Shown: in pieces, positions 39,717 through 48,605 of the stretch
Position numbering within the stretch: the stretch's first letter is position 1
How the letters are laid out: every line of letters starts with the position of its first letter
NCBI GenBank assembly: GCA_001782235.1
Contig: MFOC01000003.1
Coordinates: 47,851-111,850, forward strand
Direction: 5' to 3'
DNA: 64,000 nt
Origin: Candidatus Levybacteria bacterium RIFCSPHIGHO2_02_FULL_40_18
GTDB lineage: Bacteria; Patescibacteriota; Microgenomatia; Levybacterales; GWA1-39-11
Translations under genes and position numbers: made by a program
Notes under the pieces: generated by a model
Told to the model about the DNA's origin: nothing
Database searches by the model: none
Seen by the model: the letters and a program-made list of their open reading frames with translations, nothing else

Positions 39717-40406
39717 ATGAAGTTTAAAATACTAAATGAGTCTAACCTCAAAAAGGCATCTGGCCTTGTTATTATTGTTGACGTTCTTCGTGCATTCACT
39801 ACTATTTGTTACGTTTTCTCAAATAAAGCAGATAAGGCAATTCTTGTAAAAGGCCCTGAAGAGGGTTTGTTGTTAAAGAGAGAGAATCCTAACTATGTTT
39901 TAATTGGTGAGCGTGGAGGTTTTAAACTTCCAGGATACGACTATGGAAACTCTCCTTACGAGCTAAAGAAGGTTAACTTTTCAGGCAAAACTATTGTTAT
40001 GACAACTTCTCAGGGAACTGCATTTTTCTACAGACTTAGTAAACACTCAGAGTGTAAAGAGCTTATTACTGGAAGTTTTGTCAATGCGTCTTCCATAGTT
40101 AATTATATTAAGCAAAATAAGTATAAAACTATAACATTTGTTTGTACAGATAATTCATATCAAAACAATGAGGATTATATGTGCGTTAAGTATTTAATCA
40201 GTTGTCTAAAAGGAAAACCCCTTAACTTTCAAGAAATAAAAAAGGATTTAACGAAACATCCCGTTGCCGAAAGGTTTATTAAAAAACCCTTAACAAAGCA
40301 TGCTCCGTATGATTTCGAGTTGTCTTTGCAATTGAATAAATTTAGTTTTATAATAAAGGCGAACATGTCAACCAAGCGCATAATTTTAGAACAGATAACT
40401 CTATGA
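39717..40406 (+). CDS. 2-phosphosulfolactate phosphatase (ComB) family
   Basis: VDVLRAFTT, GERGG..DYGNSP, MTTSQGT, NED..C. Confidence 0.88.
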   Translation: MKFKILNESNLKKASGLVIIVDVLRAFTTICYVFSNKADKAILVKGPEEGLLLKRENPNYVLIGERGGFKLPGYDYGNSPYELKKVNFSGKTIVMTTSQGTAFFYRLSKHSECKELITGSFVNASSIVNYIKQNKYKTITFVCTDNSYQNNEDYMCVKYLISCLKGKPLNFQEIKKDLTKHPVAERFIKKPLTKHAPYDFELSLQLNKFSFIIKANMSTKRIILEQITL

Positions 40407-41869
40407 GCGCTGAAAATAGGCAAGGGGCTCCAGATAGATTTACGCTCCGTAAAGAATACTTCGGAGGTTTAGTACTTGATTCCCATACTCCTAAAAACGA
40501 ATTTCTTAAGCCTCAAGAATATGAATTTTTAAGCCGACTGAAAGAAGCAGAAGGAGTGTTTTTTGATGCAGTCTTAGAAAGCAACCCAGACCTTACACAA
40601 AGAGTTAATGCGTTTGCTGAGACTGGATTTGTTGAAAAAGGGCCAAATGGAGAAATTATTTTAACAAATATTAGACTAGTCCCTCCACCAGATCAAATAC
40701 GCCATGGGGTCCTTACTGCCCCGATACGTGTTTATGATATGTATACTCGAAGATGTAATCTTGCCTGTGAACACTGCTATGCGGCTAGTAATCCATTTAT
40801 AAAAGAGGACAGACGTACTCTTGAGCAGACTGCTGATATTATGAAGAAATTTTACGATGCTGGAACTATCGAGTGGCGTTTTACAGGAGGAGAACCAACC
40901 GTATACCCTGACTTATTCGATGCAATAGATGTCGCTCAAGGGTTGGGCATGAATGTAAGCATGAATTCAAACGGATGGTGGAGTGAAAAAACTGCACAAA
41001 AGATACTTGAATCTGGAATTAGTGAAATGGTAATTAGTATTGAAGGTGAACCTGGAACAAACGATTTAAGAAGGAAAGTAGGTTCTTACAATCACGTAAT
41101 AGATGCACTTGATAAGGTAGCACATCATAATAGATTTTACTCTGATAAAAAGATAGATGTCGTAATAAATACGGCGGTCGGTAGGGACAATATAAACGAT
41201 GCAGAATTTGTCGTCCGTTTGGCTGCTAAATATGGACATAACGTAAACTTTCTTCCATTAAAACCAAGCGGGAGGGCAAGACATGGTCTCCAATCTGTAA
41301 TGTTAAGTACCAGAGAATGGATGGAATTCTCGAGAAAGGTTCAACAGTTAAGAACTGATCCAGAGATACAAGCCTCGGGTATTAAGCTCACTCATAGATA
41401 CAAGGATCTTTTTTGTCCAACAGCACCTGACCAATCTGGAAAACCTTATCCGTTTAATTATGCAGAATGTGGAGCAACAACAACTGCTATAAGCATGTTC
41501 CCTGATGGAAGAGTTTTTGCTTGTCCCTTTGTGATTGAGTTTGATGTTAGAAATGAATTTGTAGGACCAAATATGATCACTTCGTCAGTTGAAGAAGCTT
41601 GGAATCACGTAAACATTGATAAATTCAGGACAGCAGAAAAAACTCAAGGTTGCACCGATTGTAGCCATTTATCGAAAAGGTGCAGGGGAGCTTGCAAGGC
41701 AACAGTTTTGGGATATGGCGGTGAAATAAAGGATGGAAAATTGGTTGGAGAAGACCCATATTGTTACGTTTCTTTAATAGATGAAGAGGACACAATGATA
41801 CAAGAAAGTAAGGCTCGAGGCCGTCAAATGTTACCATTTATACAGCTTGATGACATCCCCACACTATAA
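40403..41869 (+). CDS. Radical SAM/SPASM enzyme with an N-terminal RRE-like extension
   Basis: CNLACEHC, TGGEP; SPASM Cys pattern CGA..PDGRVFACP..CTDC..CRGAC..DPYC; N-terminal LRKEYFGGLV..FLK. Confidence 0.88.
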   Translation: MSAENRQGAPDRFTLRKEYFGGLVLDSHTPKNEFLKPQEYEFLSRLKEAEGVFFDAVLESNPDLTQRVNAFAETGFVEKGPNGEIILTNIRLVPPPDQIRHGVLTAPIRVYDMYTRRCNLACEHCYAASNPFIKEDRRTLEQTADIMKKFYDAGTIEWRFTGGEPTVYPDLFDAIDVAQGLGMNVSMNSNGWWSEKTAQKILESGISEMVISIEGEPGTNDLRRKVGSYNHVIDALDKVAHHNRFYSDKKIDVVINTAVGRDNINDAEFVVRLAAKYGHNVNFLPLKPSGRARHGLQSVMLSTREWMEFSRKVQQLRTDPEIQASGIKLTHRYKDLFCPTAPDQSGKPYPFNYAECGATTTAISMFPDGRVFACPFVIEFDVRNEFVGPNMITSSVEEAWNHVNIDKFRTAEKTQGCTDCSHLSKRCRGACKATVLGYGGEIKDGKLVGEDPYCYVSLIDEEDTMIQESKARGRQMLPFIQLDDIPTL

Positions 41870-42404
41870 AAAGGGTATCCTCTTCGATATTTGCAACCAG
41901 AATAGAAAACACAACTTGAAATGAAGGTTTGGCGCCTTACAGCTGAAAACCCCTATCTTTTAAAACGCAATGGCTGAACTAGACGCAGTATATGGGGGAT
42001 GTATATCGATTGGCTACTAAAAACATCCCAGATACTGGTGGAAGCATTAGCATTACTCTTTCTCCCTCCAATTGGAGCAGCAGGTCTGCACCTCAAACTA
42101 AAAGCTAGCCTCTAAACAATTTCACTACTAAAAGGGCGGGGCAGAGCGGTTTTGTCTCTTCCAGGTCTTTCCAGCTCATTCCAATTACTTCTTAGACAAA
42201 TTCCAACGACCATCCCATTAAAGAACCTCTCTCCTATCTTTTTTAGACCTAGAGCTTTGACGGCGAAAACTTGACATAATAGCTTTGTCATTCTTGCATT
42301 CTCTTCAGTCTCCTCTACAGAGAATAGTCAGATCTTAATGCTACAAGAGTGACTTTTATGACATCGATCCTTCTATCTAAGGCAAGGAGAAGATTAGCGG
42401 CAAA

Positions 42405-42660
42405 AGACCCTCACAATGTGTTCGCAAGCACTTTTGCAGAAACGGGATTTCTAGGGCTTGGTTCTCTAGTTTTATTACTTTTGTATTTTCTTCAAAAAGA
42501 CATCGGAATCATGAAGAGCAGTAACGATCTATCGAAAACATTTGTTGTTTCTTTCTGGACACTTTTTGTTTTTGCGCTTCTTAACCCTTCCTCATCGATT
42601 ATCTACCAGACTCTCTTTTGGCTTTTGAGGGCACTTATTGAAAAATCACCAAAGTTAAGA
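42405..42660 (+). pseudogene. 3' fragment of an O-antigen ligase gene
   Basis: DPHNVFASTFAETGFLGL...FWLLRAL matches the end of the 35563 protein. Confidence 0.75.
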
Positions 42661-42693
42661 TCGCGTGATTCATTCAATCTTACTGACAATGTA
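42610..42693 (+). repeat. 84-bp perfect direct repeat, copy 2
   Basis: Identical to 36864-36947. Confidence 0.92.
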
Positions 42694-42744
42694 GTTGTCG
42701 AAGACAAAGGTGGGGGTTGAAATACTCAACTTCTTACCGCCATT

Positions 42745-42975
42745 TCAGATACTACGATTAGCAACGTAATAATCAATCAATCTCCTAATCATGGCTTGAT
42801 AAGAAGCGCTCTTAATTCTGGCTGCTTTTTTAAAGAAGTCAACGCTCTTTTTACTCAAAGCAAGTGTTACTTTTACTTTTTCCTCGCGCAAAACAAGATC
42901 TTCGGGTTTTGGTAAAAAATCCCTTATGGCTTTTGCCTCAAAGGGTTCATTTGTGTATTTTATTTTGGGGCCATT
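42745..42975 (-). pseudogene. 5'-truncated CopG/BrnA-type antitoxin
   Basis: KIKYTNEP..DFLPKPEDLVLREEKVKVTLALSKKSVDFFK..YQAMIRRLID; no in-frame start before the 46-bp repeat. Confidence 0.7.
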
Positions 42976-42980
42976 ATTTA

Positions 42981-43026
42981 TTTTGCTGGTGTTGGTTCAA
43001 AAGGTAAAAGAATATATCAAACCATA
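42981..43026 (+). repeat. 46-bp direct repeat, left boundary of RiPP locus A
   Basis: ttttgctggtgttggttcaaaaggtaaaagaatatatcaaaccata; one mismatch to 46836-46881. Confidence 0.9.
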
Positions 43027-43033
43027 GATTAAC

Positions 43034-44308
43034 CTAGCGAGGTCTTGCTTTCTTAGGAGGTTGCATAGTTATTGGGCCTCTAACTAGGGTTAGAAAATTT
43101 TCTTGATTAAAATATTGATTAGCAACCCTTTTAACATCTTCGGCAGTTACCTTTTCTATTTCCTTTTTTATATAATCTGTACTTAAAATTCGCCCTTCTG
43201 TGGCATACGTTGTAGCGTGCCATTGGGCAATAGAGTCGGGGGTCTCAAGAGAATAATACATATTTGAGATGTCTAAAATCTTGGCAACATTAATTTCATT
43301 TTTTTCAATTTTCCCCTCTCTTAACTTTGCTAATTCTTCATGAATGCATGTAAGGGCACGATCTACATTAACAGGAGAAAAACCACCATAAGCAATAAGC
43401 ATCCCTGTATCTTTAAACGTCCAATTCCAAACCCATGTGCTATACGCTATCCCGAGTTCATAAACTAGTTTATTAAATAAACGCGAGCTTGTACCCCCAC
43501 CAAGAATATCTGCAATAACCCGCATAGCGAATCTATCCGGGTGGAGATAGTGTATCCCAGTCACTGTGCCTATCATTAATAGAGCTTGTTGACTATTTGA
43601 ACGTATTTTTTTGATTTTTTTTATGGGAGGCAAAAAGGCAACTTTCTCAATCTCTCTTTTGCTCTTTATAGTTCCCTTGCCGAAATATCTTTGAATATAT
43701 TGATTGAGTTCACGGATATTAAATTTACCCACTATAGAAATCGTCATATTTGATGGATAATAAAAGTTATTAAGGTAATCTCTTAATTGGCTAGGGTCGA
43801 TATTTTTGATGGTAGATCTTTCTCCTAAGGTTGACCTTCCCAAGGCCTGCTCCTTTCCCCAACAGTATTCCATAAACAAATCCCATATCTCTATTTCAGG
43901 AGTATCCTCTTTCCTCTGAATTTCCTCGAGAATTATGCTCTTTTCCCTCTCAACGGATGTTTTATCAAAAGCTGGATTGAATAATATCTCCGAAAGGTAA
44001 TAGAGCCCTTTCTCAAGATATTCTTTGGGAACCTTCACATTATAGGCAATATATTCTTTATCAGTCCACGCTCCGCTTTTCCCTCCGATAGATTCTATAA
44101 CCTGAGCTAATTCTTTTGCTGTCGGATATTTTCTTGTTCCTTCAAATAACATATGCTCTAGAAAATGAGCATGCCCAGCAGATATCTTTGATTCATATCT
44201 TGGTCCGGCATTAACCGCAACATAAATCGCAATTGAATTAACCCAAGGCACCTGTTGAGTAATTACAGTTAACCCATTGCTCAATTTTTGAATCTTAGCC
44301 TTTTCCAT
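43034..44308 (-). CDS. M16 (pitrilysin/insulinase) zinc peptidase
   Basis: LSNGL, HFLEHMLFEGT (HxxEH), LGGGTSSRLF. Confidence 0.93.
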   Translation of the reverse strand: MEKAKIQKLSNGLTVITQQVPWVNSIAIYVAVNAGPRYESKISAGHAHFLEHMLFEGTRKYPTAKELAQVIESIGGKSGAWTDKEYIAYNVKVPKEYLEKGLYYLSEILFNPAFDKTSVEREKSIILEEIQRKEDTPEIEIWDLFMEYCWGKEQALGRSTLGERSTIKNIDPSQLRDYLNNFYYPSNMTISIVGKFNIRELNQYIQRYFGKGTIKSKREIEKVAFLPPIKKIKKIRSNSQQALLMIGTVTGIHYLHPDRFAMRVIADILGGGTSSRLFNKLVYELGIAYSTWVWNWTFKDTGMLIAYGGFSPVNVDRALTCIHEELAKLREGKIEKNEINVAKILDISNMYYSLETPDSIAQWHATTYATEGRILSTDYIKKEIEKVTAEDVKRVANQYFNQENFLTLVRGPITMQPPKKARPR

Positions 44309-44309
44309 T

Positions 44310-45065
44310 TTATTTACCGAGTGCTATCATATATAAAGGGTATTCCCTAATATTCTCAATATCAAGCAGGGATATAATTTGAGATTCAATAAATCCACCA
44401 ATTGGGCAACTTCTTAAACCTAATTCAGTTGCCAGAAGACATATATTTTGGGATAAGTGTCCGGCCTCAATTAACATATACCTGAACTCCCGATCTCCAT
44501 ATTTTATTCGACTCCTATCAGGGATGCCTGTAATTATTATTAAAAAATTTGCATCTAATATCCACTTTTCATTACCCGTACAGGCAAGAACCCATTCCCC
44601 CATGTCTTCTATCAGTAATGCCTCTAGCGCGTTCTCTTTTACATTATAATGATACAATCCCTGCTTTAAACTTTTTACGCCTAATGGAATTAGATATACT
44701 TCTAACGGATATCTCGCTCCCGCAGAGGGGTATGACCGTCTTGAATCATCCATATCTTTTGGCTCAAAAATAAGCCCGGCAACTGTGTATATTAAACTAG
44801 ATAATAACTTGAATGATATATCTTTTTTAATAAACAATCTTGTTGATCGCCTGCTTGATAATGATTTTATTTTTTTAGATAACGCTTTTTCAAGGACAAT
44901 TTTCGGCATACGAGGATAGGTTTTAAAATGAATTGTTATCCACTCTTGGGGAATGACTTCAACACTGTCCTCAAAACTTATGTTTTTAGACTGTTCATAA
45001 AAAACATCAGAGGCGTTTGCTTGTCCGTTAATAAATTCCGCAATTTTCTTTTTCAGTTTTTTCAT
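44310..45065 (-). CDS. SagB/ThcOx-type FMN azoline dehydrogenase
   Basis: RRSTR, RSYPSAGARYPLEVY, GLYHY, KYGDR..RY..IEAGHLSQN. Confidence 0.92.
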   Translation of the reverse strand: MKKLKKKIAEFINGQANASDVFYEQSKNISFEDSVEVIPQEWITIHFKTYPRMPKIVLEKALSKKIKSLSSRRSTRLFIKKDISFKLLSSLIYTVAGLIFEPKDMDDSRRSYPSAGARYPLEVYLIPLGVKSLKQGLYHYNVKENALEALLIEDMGEWVLACTGNEKWILDANFLIIITGIPDRSRIKYGDREFRYMLIEAGHLSQNICLLATELGLRSCPIGGFIESQIISLLDIENIREYPLYMIALGK

Positions 45066-46396
45066 AAAAAGGGATGGGGAATATTATTCAGCTTTTCCTC
45101 TGTCTTGGGCTTGTATCCCATTTTTTCGGGAGAATCAAACAATCTCATTTTGCCAAAATATTTATACCGTTCATCCAGATAAATAGGTTGTAATTCGGGC
45201 GAAACTACCTTAACCACGTGGACTGGATAATCTTTAAATATTGAACTTGTAATTTCTGCGAAGTAGAAATTTACTCCTTTATCTTTTAGGATTTTGGCGA
45301 TTTTATATAAGCTCTCTTGTGCTTCTGTAGTTCTAGAATTGAGTTTGATATTAATTAAATCGCTATTAAGCCAGAAATTTAGATTTTTAATCATTTGTGG
45401 AGAAAACCAATAATATGCTCTGTCCTCTATGGTTCTGATGTCACTTCTTGATTTGTACCTTTTTAGGTTTCTACCAAGAATGACTTTGTCCCTGGTCCAT
45501 GATCTTGTCATCAAGGACTCTTCTATAGCTCCTACTATTACGTTTCTTTTGTCTAGCCCTGCCTTTAAACCAACTGATATTGACGGACCCAATCCTGTTC
45601 TATCTATAATTATTGCACAGACTGAAAAAATTGATAAATCATTGGTAATATTAATCAAATAAACTTCGAGTTGGTACCTTTCTATTTTATTAATAATATC
45701 ATTAATATATAAATCCCTAATACAATTAAGATTTATTCTTCTGCACGGAATTTTATTGAGGTATGCTACCATGAATGAATCTCTTTCGATTAACTCACAA
45801 ATTCCTCTATATATCGCTGTTTCTAGAGTGTCAGCACATGCAGCTCCTGAAGATGTTCCAAATTGAAGCATAGGCTCCATTCTCTCCCATTTATAAGGTA
45901 CATAAATTAATTGCGCTGGCAACAAAAAGTTATTTCCAATAAAAACATTTTTTGATTCGACCCATGAGTAATTTGCATATAAATATTCTTCTTTTTTTAA
46001 TTTTAATCTTTTGATTTGGGGATCTGAGAAAGATAAAAACAAGAGAGGACTAAGCATTTTACTTTTCTCATATTTCTTATTTTTTATAAGAGGTCTCTCT
46101 CTGTCATCTGAAAGAGAAAATCTCTCTATTAATTCGCCAAATAGCTTTTGCAATGCAGATGTTTGTGAAAATGATGTTCCACTAGCAATAGCATCTTCTG
46201 TTCCCTTATTCTTTCTCTCTTTAAATGAAGTATTATATTGAAAAATTTTAGGCTCATCATTATAAAAAGGGGCTCTATGAAAACCATGGAATATATGAGG
46301 ATATTTTTTAAGGAGATCAAAACCTATATCAATTATATCTTGTGAGTTTTTACCCATAAAGGAATACTTAAGCCTGTTTTGGGGCAGATAATCCAA
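45062..46396 (-). CDS. YcaO cyclodehydratase
   Basis: GELIERF, LPAQLIY, TSSGAA, AIYRGICELIERDS, E(x3)R, C-terminal IPHPFL. Confidence 0.92.
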   Translation of the reverse strand: MDYLPQNRLKYSFMGKNSQDIIDIGFDLLKKYPHIFHGFHRAPFYNDEPKIFQYNTSFKERKNKGTEDAIASGTSFSQTSALQKLFGELIERFSLSDDRERPLIKNKKYEKSKMLSPLLFLSFSDPQIKRLKLKKEEYLYANYSWVESKNVFIGNNFLLPAQLIYVPYKWERMEPMLQFGTSSGAACADTLETAIYRGICELIERDSFMVAYLNKIPCRRINLNCIRDLYINDIINKIERYQLEVYLINITNDLSIFSVCAIIIDRTGLGPSISVGLKAGLDKRNVIVGAIEESLMTRSWTRDKVILGRNLKRYKSRSDIRTIEDRAYYWFSPQMIKNLNFWLNSDLINIKLNSRTTEAQESLYKIAKILKDKGVNFYFAEITSSIFKDYPVHVVKVVSPELQPIYLDERYKYFGKMRLFDSPEKMGYKPKTEEKLNNIPHPFL

Positions 46397-46404
46397 GCGT
46401 TATT

Positions 46405-46620
46405 TTATTTACCTTCTCGTATCTCAACGGTTATTCTGCAACGTTGAGTGCAATGTCCAGGAACAGGAGAACGACAAGGACCGGGAGGGGGATTAGGAGG
46501 AAGCGGCGGCGGAGTTCCGCATCTCGAAACCATAGATTCTCCTTTCAATTCACTTGGAAGCCCTGATGTGAATTCCTTCGCATCAGCAATGACTCTTTCA
46601 ACTGTCTCTATATTTGACAT
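46405..46620 (-). CDS. Candidate RiPP precursor A (Pro/Cys-rich core)
   Basis: Perfect AAGGAGGTGA SD; first gene of the YcaO operon; acidic helical leader then SRCGTPPPLPPNPPPGPCRSPVPGHCTQRC. Confidence 0.75.
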   Translation of the reverse strand: MSNIETVERVIADAKEFTSGLPSELKGESMVSRCGTPPPLPPNPPPGPCRSPVPGHCTQRCRITVEIREGK

Positions 46621-46735
46621 TAGTTATCACCTCCTTATTTAAGGAATACTTGTTACTAAGGTGATCTGCAATTATAGGAAGACTCTCTTCTAAAGGCAGC
46701 TGTGTACTTATTTGCCTTGCTCATGAAGTAACTAA

Positions 46736-46765
46736 AATATATCACAATTTAGAAACACTTGTCAA
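46736..46765 (-). promoter_or_regulatory. Promoter of RiPP locus A
   Basis: TTGACA-N18-TATATT with TG extension on the minus strand. Confidence 0.55.
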
Positions 46766-46835
46766 TTTTTCGTTCTGTGTAAACACATATGAGACACTTT
46801 CCATTAGAATAACTCATCAGGAAAGTAGGTGTTTG

Positions 46836-46881
46836 TTTTGCTGGTGTTGGTTCAGAAGGTAAAAGAATATATCAAACCATA
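46836..46881 (+). repeat. 46-bp direct repeat, right boundary of RiPP locus A
   Basis: Matches 42981-43026 at 45 of 46 positions. Confidence 0.9.
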
Positions 46882-46936
46882 ACTTAATATACGATCTTTC
46901 TTTCTTTCTTTTTGGGGAATTATGGGCGTAATCTAA

Positions 46937-47230
46937 TTACTCGGCGATACCGTCGTAGATAAATTTCTTAATCAGTGCCTGATATGGAATATCCATTTTG
47001 TGAGCCTCTACTTTAACCCTATCGATTAAACCAACCGGTAGGCGAATTGTAATAGGCTTAGTAGTAAGTTTTAAATTTGGGAAAATTACATGCCTTGCAG
47101 TTGAATAATCTACATACTCTGTTGAGTCTACTTTTTGCCAGAACTCTCTTTCCTCTTTTTCTGTTTTAAATTTTGGTATTGGCTTTAGCTTTTTTTTCTT
47201 CATACAACCTCCTTTCTTTTTTATTTGCAA
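46937..47230 (-). CDS. BrnA-type antitoxin (start probably 47203)
   Basis: IPKFKTEKEEREFW, ITIRLP, IPYQALIK. Confidence 0.85.
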   Translation of the reverse strand: MQIKKKGGCMKKKKLKPIPKFKTEKEEREFWQKVDSTEYVDYSTARHVIFPNLKLTTKPITIRLPVGLIDRVKVEAHKMDIPYQALIKKFIYDGIAE

Positions 47231-47519
47231 GTCTTGCAGAAATTATCCTTATCTTGTTATCTCTTTTTGTAAATACCGTGAACAACGTTCTGTTATCATT
47301 TGACTTACCTATTCCTATAAATCTTCCTTCCTCCTTAGAATGTTTTATGTCATCTTGGAAAAAAAGATATTTATCAACAAATACTTCCTCTGCTTCTCTT
47401 GGAGTAATTCCGTGTTTTTGATAGCTTTTGTCAACATTCCACTTATCCCATTCAAATCCGGTAATCTTACTCAAATCCGTCACTGTACATATATTACATG
47501 TACAAGTACGTGTTGTCAA
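47166..47519 (-). CDS. BrnT toxin (true start probably further downstream)
   Basis: FEWD...KHGI...EAEEVF, RIISARLANKKER. Confidence 0.88.
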   Translation of the reverse strand: MTTRTCTCNICTVTDLSKITGFEWDKWNVDKSYQKHGITPREAEEVFVDKYLFFQDDIKHSKEEGRFIGIGKSNDNRTLFTVFTKRDNKIRIISARLANKKERRLYEEKKAKANTKI

Positions 47520-47618
47520 GCACTAAACCTCTGTGGACGTCACAGTTACTCAATTTTACTGACGATGTAGTTGTCGAAGACAAAGGTGGGGGTTGAAACA
47601 CTTATTGTTTCCTTTTGT

Positions 47619-48260
47619 TCACTCTAATTTTCCCTTCATATAGGTTTCGACCTCTTGTTTCAAGGTCGAAGTAATTTGTTCGTAAGAGTAATTTTCTCCT
47701 ATAAATTCTATCGGCGTTTGTTCAAGGTCTTCAAAATATACGAGTTGCTCAAGAAATTGAACCTCAACAAAAAAACTACCGCATTTTTTTACTGCGAATT
47801 TTACTATATCGTCAAGTGTCAACAGTCTCTTTTTTAGAACAACAAAAATATCAACATAATCGCGCCAGGTTGCTCGTCTTCCGATGGTGTACGCTTTGTC
47901 AGCTGCTATATCCTTTACACTTGCTAAAGCAAGGTACGGTGTTTCTACTCGCGGGAACGCGGGTTTGAAATCCTGCACAACAAATGTTATGCCAATATTG
48001 CTTTTAAGAATAGTAAAGGTTACTTGCTCGGAAGTATTCCATTTGTAGATAACTTTCCCGAATTTCTCCCTTATTTTATTTTCTAATGATTTTTTAATTG
48101 GATCGTCTACAAATATATCAAAGTCATAAGAAGTTCGATGCCCTATTTGAAGTGCAAGGGCGGTTCCGCCGGCAAGATATCCTTCATCTCGGAAGTCTAC
48201 TAGCTTCTTTAATATCTCTCTGCGGTCATGGTCTAATATCTCGAGGAATATTTTTGACAT
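47619..48260 (-). CDS. AbiEii-type nucleotidyltransferase toxin
   Basis: YLAGGTALALQIGHRTSYDFD, DK..R...RDYVD. Confidence 0.88.
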   Translation of the reverse strand: MSKIFLEILDHDRREILKKLVDFRDEGYLAGGTALALQIGHRTSYDFDIFVDDPIKKSLENKIREKFGKVIYKWNTSEQVTFTILKSNIGITFVVQDFKPAFPRVETPYLALASVKDIAADKAYTIGRRATWRDYVDIFVVLKKRLLTLDDIVKFAVKKCGSFFVEVQFLEQLVYFEDLEQTPIEFIGENYSYEQITSTLKQEVETYMKGKLE

Positions 48261-48537
48261 ATAAGAGTTCGCTCATATCACGATCTTCAAGATTTAGGAG
48301 TATATTTTTAACGAAATAAAAGCGTGCTTTTCGATAATCTTTAAATGCCGTGGTTGTGAAAGTTTTTATAATCTGTGAGGCTCCATATTTCTCAAACAAC
48401 CAAAGGATTTCATCCAATCCTCCGTAAGATAGTATCTGATGAATAATATAGTTCTTATCCCGTTCAGAATTGAGCTTACGCACACCACTGGACCATAAAA
48501 CGCTTTGAAGTTTCTGAGGAATTTTTTTTTGCTGCAT
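48226..48537 (-). CDS. DUF6922-like partner of AbiEii
   Basis: VLWS...DKNYIIHQILSYG..W. Confidence 0.75.
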   Translation of the reverse strand: MQQKKIPQKLQSVLWSSGVRKLNSERDKNYIIHQILSYGGLDEILWLFEKYGASQIIKTFTTTAFKDYRKARFYFVKNILLNLEDRDMSELLYVKNIPRDIRP

Positions 48538-48605
48538 GAGGATATTATATCAATACTGGTAGGCTCTGACAATCGCCGAAATACGTAAAAAGCCTCTGCC
48601 TAGAT

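Noticed and set aside
41870-42400. Precursor peptide for the radical SAM enzyme
   Set aside because: Only very short ORFs without SD sites (for example MAELDAVYGGCISIGY); the region looks like decayed sequence and I cannot support a call.
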